A DNA stretch of 55,093 nucleotides from assembly GCA_039714095.1 (NCBI GenBank), contig JBDLJZ010000001.1, positions 1 to 55,093 on the forward strand, read 5' to 3'. Source of the DNA: Nanobdellota archaeon. GTDB lineage: Archaea; Nanobdellota; Nanobdellia; Pacearchaeales; GW2011-AR1. The notes under the pieces are model-generated. The model had not been told where the DNA came from and did no database searches. It saw nothing but the letters and a program-made list of their open reading frames with translations. The translations under genes and the position numbers were made by a program. Of this stretch, positions 36,739 to 47,521 are shown piece by piece; the first letter of the stretch is position 1; every line of letters starts with the position of its first letter.

Positions 36739-36884
36739 TCCACCCACCCAGATTCGAACTGGGGATCTCCCGGGTACTGCTATGTAACCGAGCTGACTTT
36801 TAGGGTTTCATTTAATTTCCAAATGGAATATCCGCCTTAGTAATAAACTACAGCCAGGCGCTCTAACCGCTGAGCTATGGGTGG
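36739..36884 (-). tRNA. tRNA-Tyr(GUA) with a 73-nt intron at position 37/38
   Basis: Hand-folded. Acceptor CCACCCA/UGGGUGG with the archaeal/eukaryal Tyr identity pair C1-G72, discriminator A. D arm GCUC-AGCGGUUA-GAGC. Anticodon stem CCUGG/CCGGG, loop CU-GUA-G|intron|C. T arm CCCAG-UUCGAAU-CUGGG. Exons 36884-36848 and 36774-36739. Confidence 0.85.
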
Positions 36885-36975
36885 TTACATAATATCTATA
36901 TAATTTCAATTTTTAAGCATTTTGTATTTGCCAATTTCAAGAAAGTTTTATAAATCAAAATTCCACTAAATATTT

Positions 36976-37401
36976 ATGTTTAAGATAAATATATCAGACA
37001 AATCAGGAAAAACATACAAATTAGAAGCAGAAGCAAATGCTTTAATTGACAAGGAGCTTCACTCTAAAATTCAAGGAACAGATGTTTCTCCAGATTTAGA
37101 AGGTTATGAATTAGAAATCACAGGAGCAAGCGATAAATCAGGTTTCACAGCAATGAAAGACGTCGAAGGAATGGGAAGAAAAAGAGTTTTGCTTGGTTAT
37201 GGAAAAGGAATGCACAAAAAACCAAAAGGCGATAAAAAGAAAAACTCAAAATCAAAAGGACTTAGATTAAGAAAAAATGTTAGGGGTAAAGTTATCTCAG
37301 AAGATATTTCTCAAATTAATATGAAAGTTACAAAAGAAGGAACAAAAAAACTTGCAGATATTTTTTCAACAGAAAAACCTGCAAAAGAAAAATCTGAATA
37401 A
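36976..37401 (+). CDS. rps6e: 30S ribosomal protein eS6
   Basis: MFKINISDKSGKTYKLEAE...YELEITGASDKSGFTAMKDVEGMGRKRVLL is typical of S6e. Confidence 0.9.
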   Translation: MFKINISDKSGKTYKLEAEANALIDKELHSKIQGTDVSPDLEGYELEITGASDKSGFTAMKDVEGMGRKRVLLGYGKGMHKKPKGDKKKNSKSKGLRLRKNVRGKVISEDISQINMKVTKEGTKKLADIFSTEKPAKEKSE

Positions 37402-37494
37402 TTTTTAATTTATCTTCCATAAATCTCATTTTTTTGATAGAATTTAAAAAGTTACCCTACGTTCTTTTTTGAATAAAAATGGGTGATTTTATGT

Positions 37495-39225
37495 ATGAGA
37501 AAATCTAATAAAAAGAAGTGCAAATCTCAAAACATTTTTTATTATAATTTTTGGTTTTTTATTATTGGACTATTACTTATTTTTTCCTTAATTTTTGTTT
37601 TAAATAATAGTTTTGTAAGGGAGGAAATTACTAATTCTTTTTTTATAATAAGTTCATCATTAGATTCTATAAAAATTATGACTGGTTTTATAATTTCTGA
37701 AGAAATTGGAGAAGAAGAACCTATTGAAAAGATTTCAGAAGAAACTATTGGGGAATTAGAAGAACCTCCTGAAGAAAAATTAATTATAGAAACACCAGAA
37801 GAAGTAATTGAAAGTCAGATATCAGATGTCGGAAATCAGATATCAGAAGTAGAAGAAGTTGTAGAAGAACAAATAGAAAATCAAACAATTTCTGAATCAA
37901 CAAATAAAATTCAGCAAGAAGAAAGTGTAATTACAGAAAATATTACAACTGAAAATCAAACAATTTCTGAAAATAATAATTCAGAAACTTTTAATGATTC
38001 ACAAAAAATTTTAAATAAATCTGAAGAAATAAATCAAACAATCATTAATCAAACTGTTGAACAAAATTCTACACAAATAAATATAACAAACATATCAAAA
38101 AATATTATTCTTGAAACAAATATTACAGAAATTATTTCTAAAGTTTCAATAACAACAACACAATATCCTGCAATAGTTGATAAGCCTGTAAAATGGAAAA
38201 AATCTGTTTCTTTGGAAGAACCAAAAAATATAATTGTAAAATTACCTGCTGGTTCAAAAAATATAATTGTAAAAAAAATAAAAGAAAATAAAGATGAAAA
38301 AATAATTAATTCAAAAATAACAGGTGGCGTAATAGGAAGTGGAAGTGAAGGATTTTTATTTAAATTTTTCAAAAAGATTTTCAGATTAACTGGAGGAATT
38401 ATTGGAATAGAAGAGACACAGGAATTAGTTAAAGTAAATATTGATGAAAATACAACCGAGTTTGAAATTGAATATGAAACTCCTGCCCCACAAGTTTTTG
38501 AAGAAAATTTAGAAAATGGAAAAAAAATTACAATCTCTGGACCAGATGATGTTCATTATGAAAATGTTTTATCTTTCACAAATTTATCAGAAACATTTGA
38601 TATAAAAAATACTTCTAATGTAAAAATTTATTGGGTAGAAAATAAAAATTACATTTCAATACAAAAAATTGAAGATACAGATGGTAATGGTATTTATGAT
38701 TACATTGAATGGGTTACACCTTATTTATCTGAGCAAAATTTTATAATAGAAATTTCTTCTGAAAATATAAACAATGGTTATGGGTTAGAAGGGCATGAAT
38801 CATATCCTCTTAGAGGTTCAGAAAAATACAAAAGATGCCTTAAAGTTAATTCACCTGTGGAATTTAATTTAGTAAAAATTAAAACAAAAGTTGGATATGT
38901 TGCAGATGGCGGTGATTTGTATTATGGAATTTATTCTCACAACTCTATAAATGATGAACCAGAAACAGAATTAGGTAACTGCGATGTTTCAGATCCAATT
39001 AAAGTAAAAGCATGGGAATCTTGCGAAATTAGTTTAAGTCAAAGCCAAGATATTTATTGGATATGTGCGTATTCTCTCACAGGAAATAATTCTACTGATT
39101 ATTATAATATATATTGGAATAACCAAGACACAAATAAAAAAAGAGCTTTTTGGACTGGTTCTTATTGGCAGAAAATGGATGACGCATCATATACAATAAA
39201 AGCAGAGTTTAAGAAGAAAAAATGA
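37495..39225 (+). CDS. membrane-anchored extracellular protein with an acidic repeat region
   Basis: N-terminal TM segment FWFFIIGLLLIFSLIFVL. Glu-rich and NxT-rich segments. ATG at 37495 preferred over the GTG at 37483. Confidence 0.6.
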   Translation: MRKSNKKKCKSQNIFYYNFWFFIIGLLLIFSLIFVLNNSFVREEITNSFFIISSSLDSIKIMTGFIISEEIGEEEPIEKISEETIGELEEPPEEKLIIETPEEVIESQISDVGNQISEVEEVVEEQIENQTISESTNKIQQEESVITENITTENQTISENNNSETFNDSQKILNKSEEINQTIINQTVEQNSTQINITNISKNIILETNITEIISKVSITTTQYPAIVDKPVKWKKSVSLEEPKNIIVKLPAGSKNIIVKKIKENKDEKIINSKITGGVIGSGSEGFLFKFFKKIFRLTGGIIGIEETQELVKVNIDENTTEFEIEYETPAPQVFEENLENGKKITISGPDDVHYENVLSFTNLSETFDIKNTSNVKIYWVENKNYISIQKIEDTDGNGIYDYIEWVTPYLSEQNFIIEISSENINNGYGLEGHESYPLRGSEKYKRCLKVNSPVEFNLVKIKTKVGYVADGGDLYYGIYSHNSINDEPETELGNCDVSDPIKVKAWESCEISLSQSQDIYWICAYSLTGNNSTDYYNIYWNNQDTNKKRAFWTGSYWQKMDDASYTIKAEFKKKK

Positions 39226-40724
39226 AAAATACAAATAAAATTAGACTAATTGTTTTATTGTCTGGATTTATCAGCATGGAACTTGAAATTTTAGGAACAA
39301 GATTAATATCTCCGATTTTTGGTTCCACAATTTATGTTTGGACTTCTTTAATCGGAGTAACTCTAACATTTTTAGCATTAGGTTATTGGTATGGTGGAAA
39401 ATTAGCAGACAAAGGAAAAATAAATCTCAATAAATTAGGATTAATAATATTTTTACTTGGAGTCTATGTTTGTTTACTCCCTTTTATTTCAAGAGCAGTA
39501 TTATATCAAGTCAATAGTTTGGGAATGATTTTAGGACCTTTGTCAATCTCGTTTGTAATTTTAGCATTTCCTATTTTCTTCTTAGGATTTATTGTACCAA
39601 CTTCTGTTAAACTTGTAACAAGTTCTTTAGGAGAGGTTGGAAGAAAAGCTGGAGAAATTTATGCTTTGGCAACGGTTGGAAGTATAATCGGAACTTTTAC
39701 CACAGGATTTTTTTTAATTTTATATCTTGGAGTTATTAAAACCGCTTTAATCACAGGGATTATACTAATTTTATTTTCATTAATTATAATAAAATCCAAA
39801 ATAAAATTTTTATTAATTTTTGCAATACCTTTATTATTAATATTCCAATCCCAGTTTGTATACCCTTCTGAAATATTAGAATCCTTTGAAGGTCATAATG
39901 GACAAGTAAGGGTTATAAAAGAGAATAATGTCCACATGAGACTTTATAACGGTGCGCTAGCATCAACCTCTGTTAATCTAAAAACAAAGGAAAATGAAAT
40001 GGGGTATGCAAAATATTTTGAAATTCCTTTTATTTATAAACCAGAACATAAAAAAACATTAATGGTTGGTCTTGCAGGAGGGGCAGCGGCAAGAGAACTT
40101 GTAGAAAAATATAATCTGGAAATGGATGTGGTTGAAATAGAGCCAAAAATGCTTGATTTAGCAAGAAAATATTTTTACTGGGATGATGAAGCAACTGTTT
40201 ATTTTGATGATGGAAGACATTTTATTCAGAATTCAGATGAAAAATATGATGTAATAATGATTGATATTGGACTTATTTTTCCTGCTTGGCATTTGTACAC
40301 AAAAGAGGCATTTCAGAAATATGAAAAACATCTTAATGATGATGGAATGCTTGTTATTAATTTAATTTCAGCAAAAGAAGGCAAGTATTCAAAAACAAGT
40401 AAGAGTTTGTATAAAACTTTAGAATTGGTTTTTAAAGATGTTCTAATATTAAGACATCCTCGTATAAACCCTAATGGAATTCAAAATATTATTCTTCTAG
40501 CATCAAAAAATAATATTTATAAAAATAAATTTGTGTCAACAATAAAATTATCTAATTATTCTGGTCCATCAATAGAAGAAATAATAGAAGATAATTCTAA
40601 TTTTGAAATAGAAGACAATGTAAGATTAACTACTGATAACTTTCCTATTGCTGAATTTTATGATTATGAAAATCGAATGAATTTTGAACTTACTAAAAAA
40701 AGATTGAAATATTTTTTACCTTAA
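39222..40724 (+). CDS. membrane-fused spermidine synthase-like (SAM-dependent aminopropyl/methyltransferase fold) protein
   Basis: N-terminal ~7 TM segments. C-terminal TLMVGLAGGAAAREL (motif I-like) and YDVIMIDI. 4-nt overlap with the upstream gene. Confidence 0.7.
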   Translation: MKNTNKIRLIVLLSGFISMELEILGTRLISPIFGSTIYVWTSLIGVTLTFLALGYWYGGKLADKGKINLNKLGLIIFLLGVYVCLLPFISRAVLYQVNSLGMILGPLSISFVILAFPIFFLGFIVPTSVKLVTSSLGEVGRKAGEIYALATVGSIIGTFTTGFFLILYLGVIKTALITGIILILFSLIIIKSKIKFLLIFAIPLLLIFQSQFVYPSEILESFEGHNGQVRVIKENNVHMRLYNGALASTSVNLKTKENEMGYAKYFEIPFIYKPEHKKTLMVGLAGGAAARELVEKYNLEMDVVEIEPKMLDLARKYFYWDDEATVYFDDGRHFIQNSDEKYDVIMIDIGLIFPAWHLYTKEAFQKYEKHLNDDGMLVINLISAKEGKYSKTSKSLYKTLELVFKDVLILRHPRINPNGIQNIILLASKNNIYKNKFVSTIKLSNYSGPSIEEIIEDNSNFEIEDNVRLTTDNFPIAEFYDYENRMNFELTKKRLKYFLP

Positions 40725-40725
40725 A

Positions 40726-43700
40726 ATGAAAAAAATAAATACCAAAGAAATAATCCTAATATCAATCATTATATTAGCAATTCCTTTGTTTTTAACTATG
40801 GTTAAAGCTGGTACTGATGGTCCCCCACAATTTACTGTTAATCCTAATGATAGCCCAGATCCAGTAGAGGAAGGAAATACTGTCACATTTACAGCTACTG
40901 CAGAAGATCCTAAAAGTGATGACTGGTATTTAGCAATATGTAAGACTAATGAGATTACTGATGGCACTCCTCCAACTTGTAATGGTGGAGCCTATTGTGT
41001 ATCAGGTGCTACTGCTCATGCTGCGCAAGCTAGTTGTGGTTGGACATCAGATGTTTCTGGAGCTTGGTATGGTTTTCCTTGTGATGGTCAGGAGGGTTGT
41101 GGCACAATGGTTAATACAAATAGTCCAATAACTGTTACTTCAAATACTGCTCCTGATATAACTGGCACTGTTTCTAATGATGGGCCTAAAGACGAAGCCC
41201 AAACTATTACTTTTACAGGCGCTTGTACAGATGCAGATGGCGGAGACCTTTTTCATTTAGTTGTATGTCAAGGAGGAACAACTTGTAATGATGCTACTAG
41301 TGGGGCAGATTTAATATGCAAAGGAACTTCTGCAACAGATACAACACCAAGTTGTAGTTATGTTACGACATCTGGTGACGTTGGTATCAACACAGGAGAT
41401 ATAGCTACTTGTTGCGACGACAGCGGTGATTGCGATGCAACTACAGTAAGTGTAAATGACTGGACAGTGAATGATATAACTCCACCAGGATTTGAAGATG
41501 CACAAGTAAATGAAAGCATAATCGGTTTGAACCAGTATGCGCGATTTAAAATTAATGTTACAGATTCTTCATCAAATATTAGTTATACTAATGGAACAAT
41601 AGAAGGAACAACATACAGTTTCAGCGACGAGGACGGGCAAACAGGCAAAACAGGATTCTGGTATTATGATTGGCAATGTACTTCAAGTAATTCAGCAGTT
41701 GATTTTACTTATGCAGGGGCTAATGACACTGTCGGAAATTGGAACTCAACTACAATAACAGGAATTAATACAGAATGTGATGCTACTGCTCCAAGTTTAA
41801 GTAATGAAGGAGCAAATGAAACAACAATTAATGAAAATTCATATTTTTGTTTAAACATAACTGTAAGTGATACAGAAGGAAATTTAGATGCAGTTTATGC
41901 AGAAGTTTGGGACACTTCATCTTGGGCAAATTATACAATGTCAGACGCTGGTTCGACATCTTGTGATGGAGGTTCTGCAGATGGTATTTATGGTTTAGAA
42001 TTTCAGGGAACTTCTCAAGGAATTTGGAATTTCAGTAGAGCATATGCAAATGATAGCGTAAATAATTTAAACACTTACGACTTTACTGATTTAACTATAA
42101 ATGTAACAGCTCCCTCAGATTCTGAATATCCACAATTTTCTAACTTCCAAGAATATCTCTCAAATAATTCTGATTATTCTTATGGACAAACATATCAATT
42201 TAATACAACTGTGACCAACATAAATGGAACTGTTTTTTTAGAATTTAATGGAACAAATTATTCTGCATTAAATGACACTACAGATAATTTTTATGTGGAT
42301 TTTAGTTCTTTATCTGCAGGAACTTATTCTTATTATTGGGGGGGTTATGGAAATGGAACAAGCGAGCTTTACAATATTTCAGGAATAAGAAGTTATGTTG
42401 TAAAAAAAATAAATCCAACAGGAAGTCTTACAAATACAGACGCGTGGTCAATAACTTATCCAGAAGAAGTTACAATAGGTTTAAGTGAATCAAATAGTGG
42501 AGACACAGATGTGACTTATAAAATTTATAGAGACAACGTAGACAAAGGAACAGGCGAAACAATAACTCTTGGATACGGAACTTATGACTATATTTTAAAT
42601 ACAACAGGTGGAGCAAATTATACAGCCAATGAAAGCATAGAGTCACAAACATTCACAGTTAATCAGAATACTGGGGCATGTAGTGTTTTATTTAATGAAA
42701 CCTCTCCTATAAATTATTCGTCCACATTCAAAGTCTGGACAAACTGTAATTCTGATTTTACATTATATAGAAATGGCACAGCAATAAGCAACAACTCTGT
42801 TCAAGATTTAGCTGCAGGAGGTTATAATTTTACAGTCATAAGAACAGACAAATCAAATTATTCTATAATTTCTGATGAGCAAATTTTCACAGTTCAAAAA
42901 GCAGAAGGATTAATTTATACTTATATTAATAATCAAAGAAGTAATCAATCTATACTGGTAAATAATGAAAAATGGTTAAATGCAACACTTATTACAGGTG
43001 TTGGAGATATTACATTATATTATAACGATACAATAATAAATCAAGGAACAAGCCCACTTTCAAATCTAACAAATTTCGCAGATGAAGGAGTTTTCAATAT
43101 TACTGGAATTTATTTGGGCAATGAAAATTATACATCTGCATCAGAAACTTGGTGGGCTACTGTAAGTTCAGATTCAGCACCAACAATAAATCTTGTTTAT
43201 CCTCAAAATATAAATTATAATACTAATGTAAGTGAATTAAATTATACTGTTTCAGATGATATAGCTTTGGATATTTGTTGGTATTCAACAAATAGTGGTA
43301 TAACAAATACTACAATAACTTGTGGAAATAATGTAACTAATTTAAATTCTATAGAAGGTTCTAACACTTGGACTGTTTGGGCGAATGATTCAATTGGACA
43401 GGAAAGTTCAGATAGTGCAACTTTTTTTAAAGATACTATTTATCCAACAGTAACAAGTTTAACAGAATCTCCTTCAGACCCCACTACATATTCTTTAGGA
43501 GCAACTTATGAATTTAATGCCACAATTACAGACACAAATTTAGAAACAGTTTTAATTGAATTTGATGGAACAAATTATACGCCTTCAAATTTAGGAGATG
43601 TTTACAACTTTTCTATTTCAGATTTATCTGCAGGAGTTTATAATTATAAATGGTTTGTTAACGACACAACTAATAATATTAATCTTACAGAGATTCAAAC

Positions 43701-46700
43701 ATATACAATAAATAATGCAACAGGAGATGTGACCCTATTAATAAATGGTTCTGCATCAGACCAAACAATAACCTATGGAATTCAAACAAATGCAAGTTCA
43801 ACAACTTCATACGGAAGTGTTACAATTTATAGAAATGGTATTGATGTTACAGGAGAAAACAATAATTTTGTGACTTTGGGAGTTGGATATTATAATTATA
43901 CATCTGTTTCTTCAGGAGACCAAAATCATAGTTCAATTTCAGTAACGAGATTTGTAAATATAACAAGAGCAAACAGCGAGGTAAATTTAAGTTTAAATGG
44001 AACAGAAGAAAATATCACAATTACACAAGATAGTTCTATATTATTAAATGGAACTTTAATAACAGGAGATTTAGGAGCAACATTAAAATTATACAATGAT
44101 GGAATCCTTATCAATCAAGGAACAACCGAAGTAAGCAATCAAACCACATTCAATACAGTTGGTTTTTTTAATATAACTGTATATTATATAGAAAGTCAAA
44201 ATTATACTTATTCGTCTGAAACTTTTTGGGTTAATGTAACAGAAGCTCCTGACTTAACTAATCCGAGTGTAACTTTATTAACCGAAAATCCAACAGACCC
44301 TACAAATTATTCACCTGGAGCAACTTATGAATTTAATGTAACAATTACTGATAACAGAGAAATTGATTTAGTGTTTATTGAATTTGATGGAACAAATTAT
44401 ACACCAAGTAATTTAAGTGATGTTTATAATTTTACAATTTCTGGTCTATCTGTAGGAACTTATTCTTATTACTGGTTCGCAAATGATACTTCTGGAAATG
44501 TAAATAATACACAAAATAGAACTTATACAATAAATCAGAAAATACCTTCTTTAAATTTAACAATCACTCCTTTGCAATCAGAAACTTATGGTATAGAAAC
44601 AATAGCGACGGGAAGCGATTGTCCTGCTGAACTAACTTGCAATTTATATAGAGAACATATTTTGGTTGATAACTCAGACACGCAAACACTGGGGGTTGCT
44701 GTTTATAATTACACTTACAACACAACAGGGAATGTAAATTATTCTGCTACTTCAATAAGCAAGTTGCTGACTATCACGCAGGCTTCAAGTTCTGTTTACA
44801 CTTATTTAGATAATTCAAGGAGTAATAAATCAATAAATAATAATACTGCAATTTGGTTAAATGGAACTTTAGTGACAGGTTCGGGAAATATTAAAATTTA
44901 TAATAATGGGACATTAATCAATTCAGGAACTTCTCTTCTTTCAAATTATACTTTATTTGACCAAGTTGGATTATATAATATTACAACTATTTATGAAGGA
45001 AATGAAAATTATACTTCTTCGTCTGAAACTTGGTGGGTTGATGTTCTTGCAGTTGATTTAATTAATCCAAATGTCGTTATAATTTATCCTCAAAATATTT
45101 CTTATAATTCAATTCAAACAGAATTAAATTACTCTGTTTTTGATAATCAAGATTTGGATTCTTGTTGGTATTCAATTGACAAAGGAATTACAAACAATAC
45201 TATTAATTGTGGGGAGAATATAACTGGATTAAATTCAAATCAAGGAAGCAATACTTGGATAGTGTGGGCAAATGACACAAATGAAAATGAAAATTCAAGT
45301 TCAATTGTATTTTTTGTTGATAGTATTTTTCCGACAATAGATTTTGTTGCTCCTACAAAAACAAGTAACTCACCAACTATTGAAAATTTGATTGAAATAA
45401 ATATAAGTGCAAATGATACGAATTTAGATACTATTGTTATTAGGTTATATAATTCTACACACGATTTAATAAAAGCCAATTTCTCAATAAACAGTTTATT
45501 TTTTATTAATTATACTGGATTACCTGCAGGAATTTATTATTACAATGCCACTGTAAATGATACTTTAAATAATCAAAACTCAACTGAAACAAGAGCAATT
45601 AATTTAATTCTTCCCTCGCTAACAATCTATAAACCAAAAAACAAAACTTATGTTGCAAACACTTCTCTTTTATTAGATTATTCTGCAACCAATACAGATA
45701 CAGTATGGTATAATATTGATTCTGTACAAAATATAACTATAGATTCTGACACATATTTTAATACTTCTGGGGGAAGCCACACACTTTATCTTTATGCAAA
45801 TAACAGCAACGGAGTTATATCAAAAAATGTAACTTTCTTTATCAATTTAACTCAATTTGAAATAGGCTATAGTGAATGGGAAAGCTCTTACAAAGGCAAC
45901 TCAACAAATTTTAATGAATATCCTTTTGATGAAATACAAAATTTAAGCAATGTTATTTTAGAAAATACTTTACATGGGAAAATACTTTTTAATGAAGCTA
46001 TTAATTTAACTGACGATGAAAACCCTGCTGATAACCAAATAGATATTGATAGTTATATAAATATTTCAGATAATAAAATAGAAATAAATTCAACAGGTTT
46101 ACCTAATTTTAATAAATCTGCAACACTTTATTTTTATAATTTAACTTTTTCTAATCCAAGGATTTTAAGAGATGGAGATATTTGTCCTTCAACAATCTGT
46201 ACACTAAATAATTATTTAAATGGAAATTTAGATTTTAATGTAACCCATTTTACAATTTATTCTACAGAAGAAACTCCTTTGACACAAGTGGTTGTTTCTA
46301 CTGGAGGGGGTGGCGGAAGAGCAGGGGATGGAGGAGTTTCTATTAAAGATTATGAATGTTTCAATGATAGTGAATGCAAAGACAAAGATGAAGTGTGTTT
46401 AAATCATTTGTGTGTAAAACTATTTGACATAAAAATAATTGATTTTGAATCTCCAGCAAAATTAGGAGAATTTTTTGATTTTACTTATTTTATAAAAGGT
46501 ATGGCAAATATTAGTGGGGATGTTGAAATTAATTTTTGGATTGGAGATGGAGAAGAAATTTTAACCTCAGGTTCTGATGTGATTTATTTAGGAAATTTTG
46601 AAGAAAAAACAGAAACCACAAAAATATTTTTACCTAAAAGTGTTAAATCAGGAGTTTATGAATTTTTTGTTGAAGTATATCATGAAAGATATAAAGCAAG

Positions 46701-47304
46701 ATCCCATCGGACTATTGAAATAGAGGTAGAAGGCGGAATTGCAAAGATAATCTCTATTGAAGATAAAAGCATTAAGAATTATATAATTTTCATCTTGATT
46801 TGTGTAATTATTTTTAGTTTAATTACATTTTATTTTATAAGAAAAAATAAAAGAGCAAAAATTACTTCAGAAGAATTAATTGAGGATATTAAAAAACAAG
46901 ATGAACAGAAACCAAAAATAAAATTAGTGTATCCAAAACAAAAATATAAACCTGAAGAAAAAGGAAGTTTACAAATATCAAAGAAAAAATTTATAGAACA
47001 AAAATATAAATTAGAAAAAAAAGAAAATTTACAAATTCCTCAAAAGAAATTTGCAGAACAAATTGTTAAAAGAGTGAAAAAAGAAATTCCTTCGCAACCT
47101 GAAAAAATCCAAGAAATAAATAATAAAAAACAAAAGAAAATAATTCCTCAAATTAAAAAAGAATCTACAAATACAATTGAGAATACAGAAAAACGAACTT
47201 TTCTAAGAAGTCCAATAAAAAGGATTGTAAAAAAATTATCAAGAAAAAAAAGAAATATAGATGATATGAAAGAAATGTTTGAAGAAAAACCAAAAGTAGA
47301 ATAA
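40726..47304 (+). CDS. giant (2192 aa) repeat-rich surface protein with a C-terminal TM anchor and Lys-rich tail
   Basis: Signal/TM N-terminus. Module LEFNGTNYS/IEFDGTNYTPSNL appears three times. Module YPQNI.YN...ELNY.V.D...D.CWYS...GITN.TI.CG.N.T.LNS..GSNTW.VWAND appears twice. Very dense N-x-S/T sequons. TM segment YIIFILICVIIFSLITFYFI, then a K-rich tail. Confidence 0.9.
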   Translation: MKKINTKEIILISIIILAIPLFLTMVKAGTDGPPQFTVNPNDSPDPVEEGNTVTFTATAEDPKSDDWYLAICKTNEITDGTPPTCNGGAYCVSGATAHAAQASCGWTSDVSGAWYGFPCDGQEGCGTMVNTNSPITVTSNTAPDITGTVSNDGPKDEAQTITFTGACTDADGGDLFHLVVCQGGTTCNDATSGADLICKGTSATDTTPSCSYVTTSGDVGINTGDIATCCDDSGDCDATTVSVNDWTVNDITPPGFEDAQVNESIIGLNQYARFKINVTDSSSNISYTNGTIEGTTYSFSDEDGQTGKTGFWYYDWQCTSSNSAVDFTYAGANDTVGNWNSTTITGINTECDATAPSLSNEGANETTINENSYFCLNITVSDTEGNLDAVYAEVWDTSSWANYTMSDAGSTSCDGGSADGIYGLEFQGTSQGIWNFSRAYANDSVNNLNTYDFTDLTINVTAPSDSEYPQFSNFQEYLSNNSDYSYGQTYQFNTTVTNINGTVFLEFNGTNYSALNDTTDNFYVDFSSLSAGTYSYYWGGYGNGTSELYNISGIRSYVVKKINPTGSLTNTDAWSITYPEEVTIGLSESNSGDTDVTYKIYRDNVDKGTGETITLGYGTYDYILNTTGGANYTANESIESQTFTVNQNTGACSVLFNETSPINYSSTFKVWTNCNSDFTLYRNGTAISNNSVQDLAAGGYNFTVIRTDKSNYSIISDEQIFTVQKAEGLIYTYINNQRSNQSILVNNEKWLNATLITGVGDITLYYNDTIINQGTSPLSNLTNFADEGVFNITGIYLGNENYTSASETWWATVSSDSAPTINLVYPQNINYNTNVSELNYTVSDDIALDICWYSTNSGITNTTITCGNNVTNLNSIEGSNTWTVWANDSIGQESSDSATFFKDTIYPTVTSLTESPSDPTTYSLGATYEFNATITDTNLETVLIEFDGTNYTPSNLGDVYNFSISDLSAGVYNYKWFVNDTTNNINLTEIQTYTINNATGDVTLLINGSASDQTITYGIQTNASSTTSYGSVTIYRNGIDVTGENNNFVTLGVGYYNYTSVSSGDQNHSSISVTRFVNITRANSEVNLSLNGTEENITITQDSSILLNGTLITGDLGATLKLYNDGILINQGTTEVSNQTTFNTVGFFNITVYYIESQNYTYSSETFWVNVTEAPDLTNPSVTLLTENPTDPTNYSPGATYEFNVTITDNREIDLVFIEFDGTNYTPSNLSDVYNFTISGLSVGTYSYYWFANDTSGNVNNTQNRTYTINQKIPSLNLTITPLQSETYGIETIATGSDCPAELTCNLYREHILVDNSDTQTLGVAVYNYTYNTTGNVNYSATSISKLLTITQASSSVYTYLDNSRSNKSINNNTAIWLNGTLVTGSGNIKIYNNGTLINSGTSLLSNYTLFDQVGLYNITTIYEGNENYTSSSETWWVDVLAVDLINPNVVIIYPQNISYNSIQTELNYSVFDNQDLDSCWYSIDKGITNNTINCGENITGLNSNQGSNTWIVWANDTNENENSSSIVFFVDSIFPTIDFVAPTKTSNSPTIENLIEINISANDTNLDTIVIRLYNSTHDLIKANFSINSLFFINYTGLPAGIYYYNATVNDTLNNQNSTETRAINLILPSLTIYKPKNKTYVANTSLLLDYSATNTDTVWYNIDSVQNITIDSDTYFNTSGGSHTLYLYANNSNGVISKNVTFFINLTQFEIGYSEWESSYKGNSTNFNEYPFDEIQNLSNVILENTLHGKILFNEAINLTDDENPADNQIDIDSYINISDNKIEINSTGLPNFNKSATLYFYNLTFSNPRILRDGDICPSTICTLNNYLNGNLDFNVTHFTIYSTEETPLTQVVVSTGGGGGRAGDGGVSIKDYECFNDSECKDKDEVCLNHLCVKLFDIKIIDFESPAKLGEFFDFTYFIKGMANISGDVEINFWIGDGEEILTSGSDVIYLGNFEEKTETTKIFLPKSVKSGVYEFFVEVYHERYKARSHRTIEIEVEGGIAKIISIEDKSIKNYIIFILICVIIFSLITFYFIRKNKRAKITSEELIEDIKKQDEQKPKIKLVYPKQKYKPEEKGSLQISKKKFIEQKYKLEKKENLQIPQKKFAEQIVKRVKKEIPSQPEKIQEINNKKQKKIIPQIKKESTNTIENTEKRTFLRSPIKRIVKKLSRKKRNIDDMKEMFEEKPKVE

Positions 47305-47521
47305 TTCTAAAACTGAATATAAATTTAACTTGTACAATAAATTATTAAACATTATTCTTCTCTTATTTCTCCATGAATTTTGAATTATTTTTTTACAAGA
47401 TTGAGGCACTTTGTTTCTGTAGCATGGTCTACTATGTAAGGAAGGGAATAACAAAGAAGATTGTAAAAAAGAAACAAAATTCATCCAAAACCTTTTTTAA
47501 CTAACTAAATCTCTTTTTTTT

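Noticed and set aside
40716-45479. Small ORFs overlapping the giant surface-protein gene (40716-40967, 40949-41131, 41311-41505, 42470-42652, 43926-44114, 45240-45479)
   Set aside because: All are embedded in the 6.6-kb ORF, whose repeat structure and sequon density are maintained in a single frame. None has a motif or an independent start context.
47239-47484. 81-aa minus-strand ORF between the giant gene and aIF2-gamma (also 47722-47913, 47950-48243, 48439-48642, 50052-50252, 50179-50424, 50268-50474)
   Set aside because: They overlap the 3' end of the giant gene or lie antisense or off-frame within aIF2-gamma and the Cas4-like nuclease. Their composition is typical of shadow ORFs.
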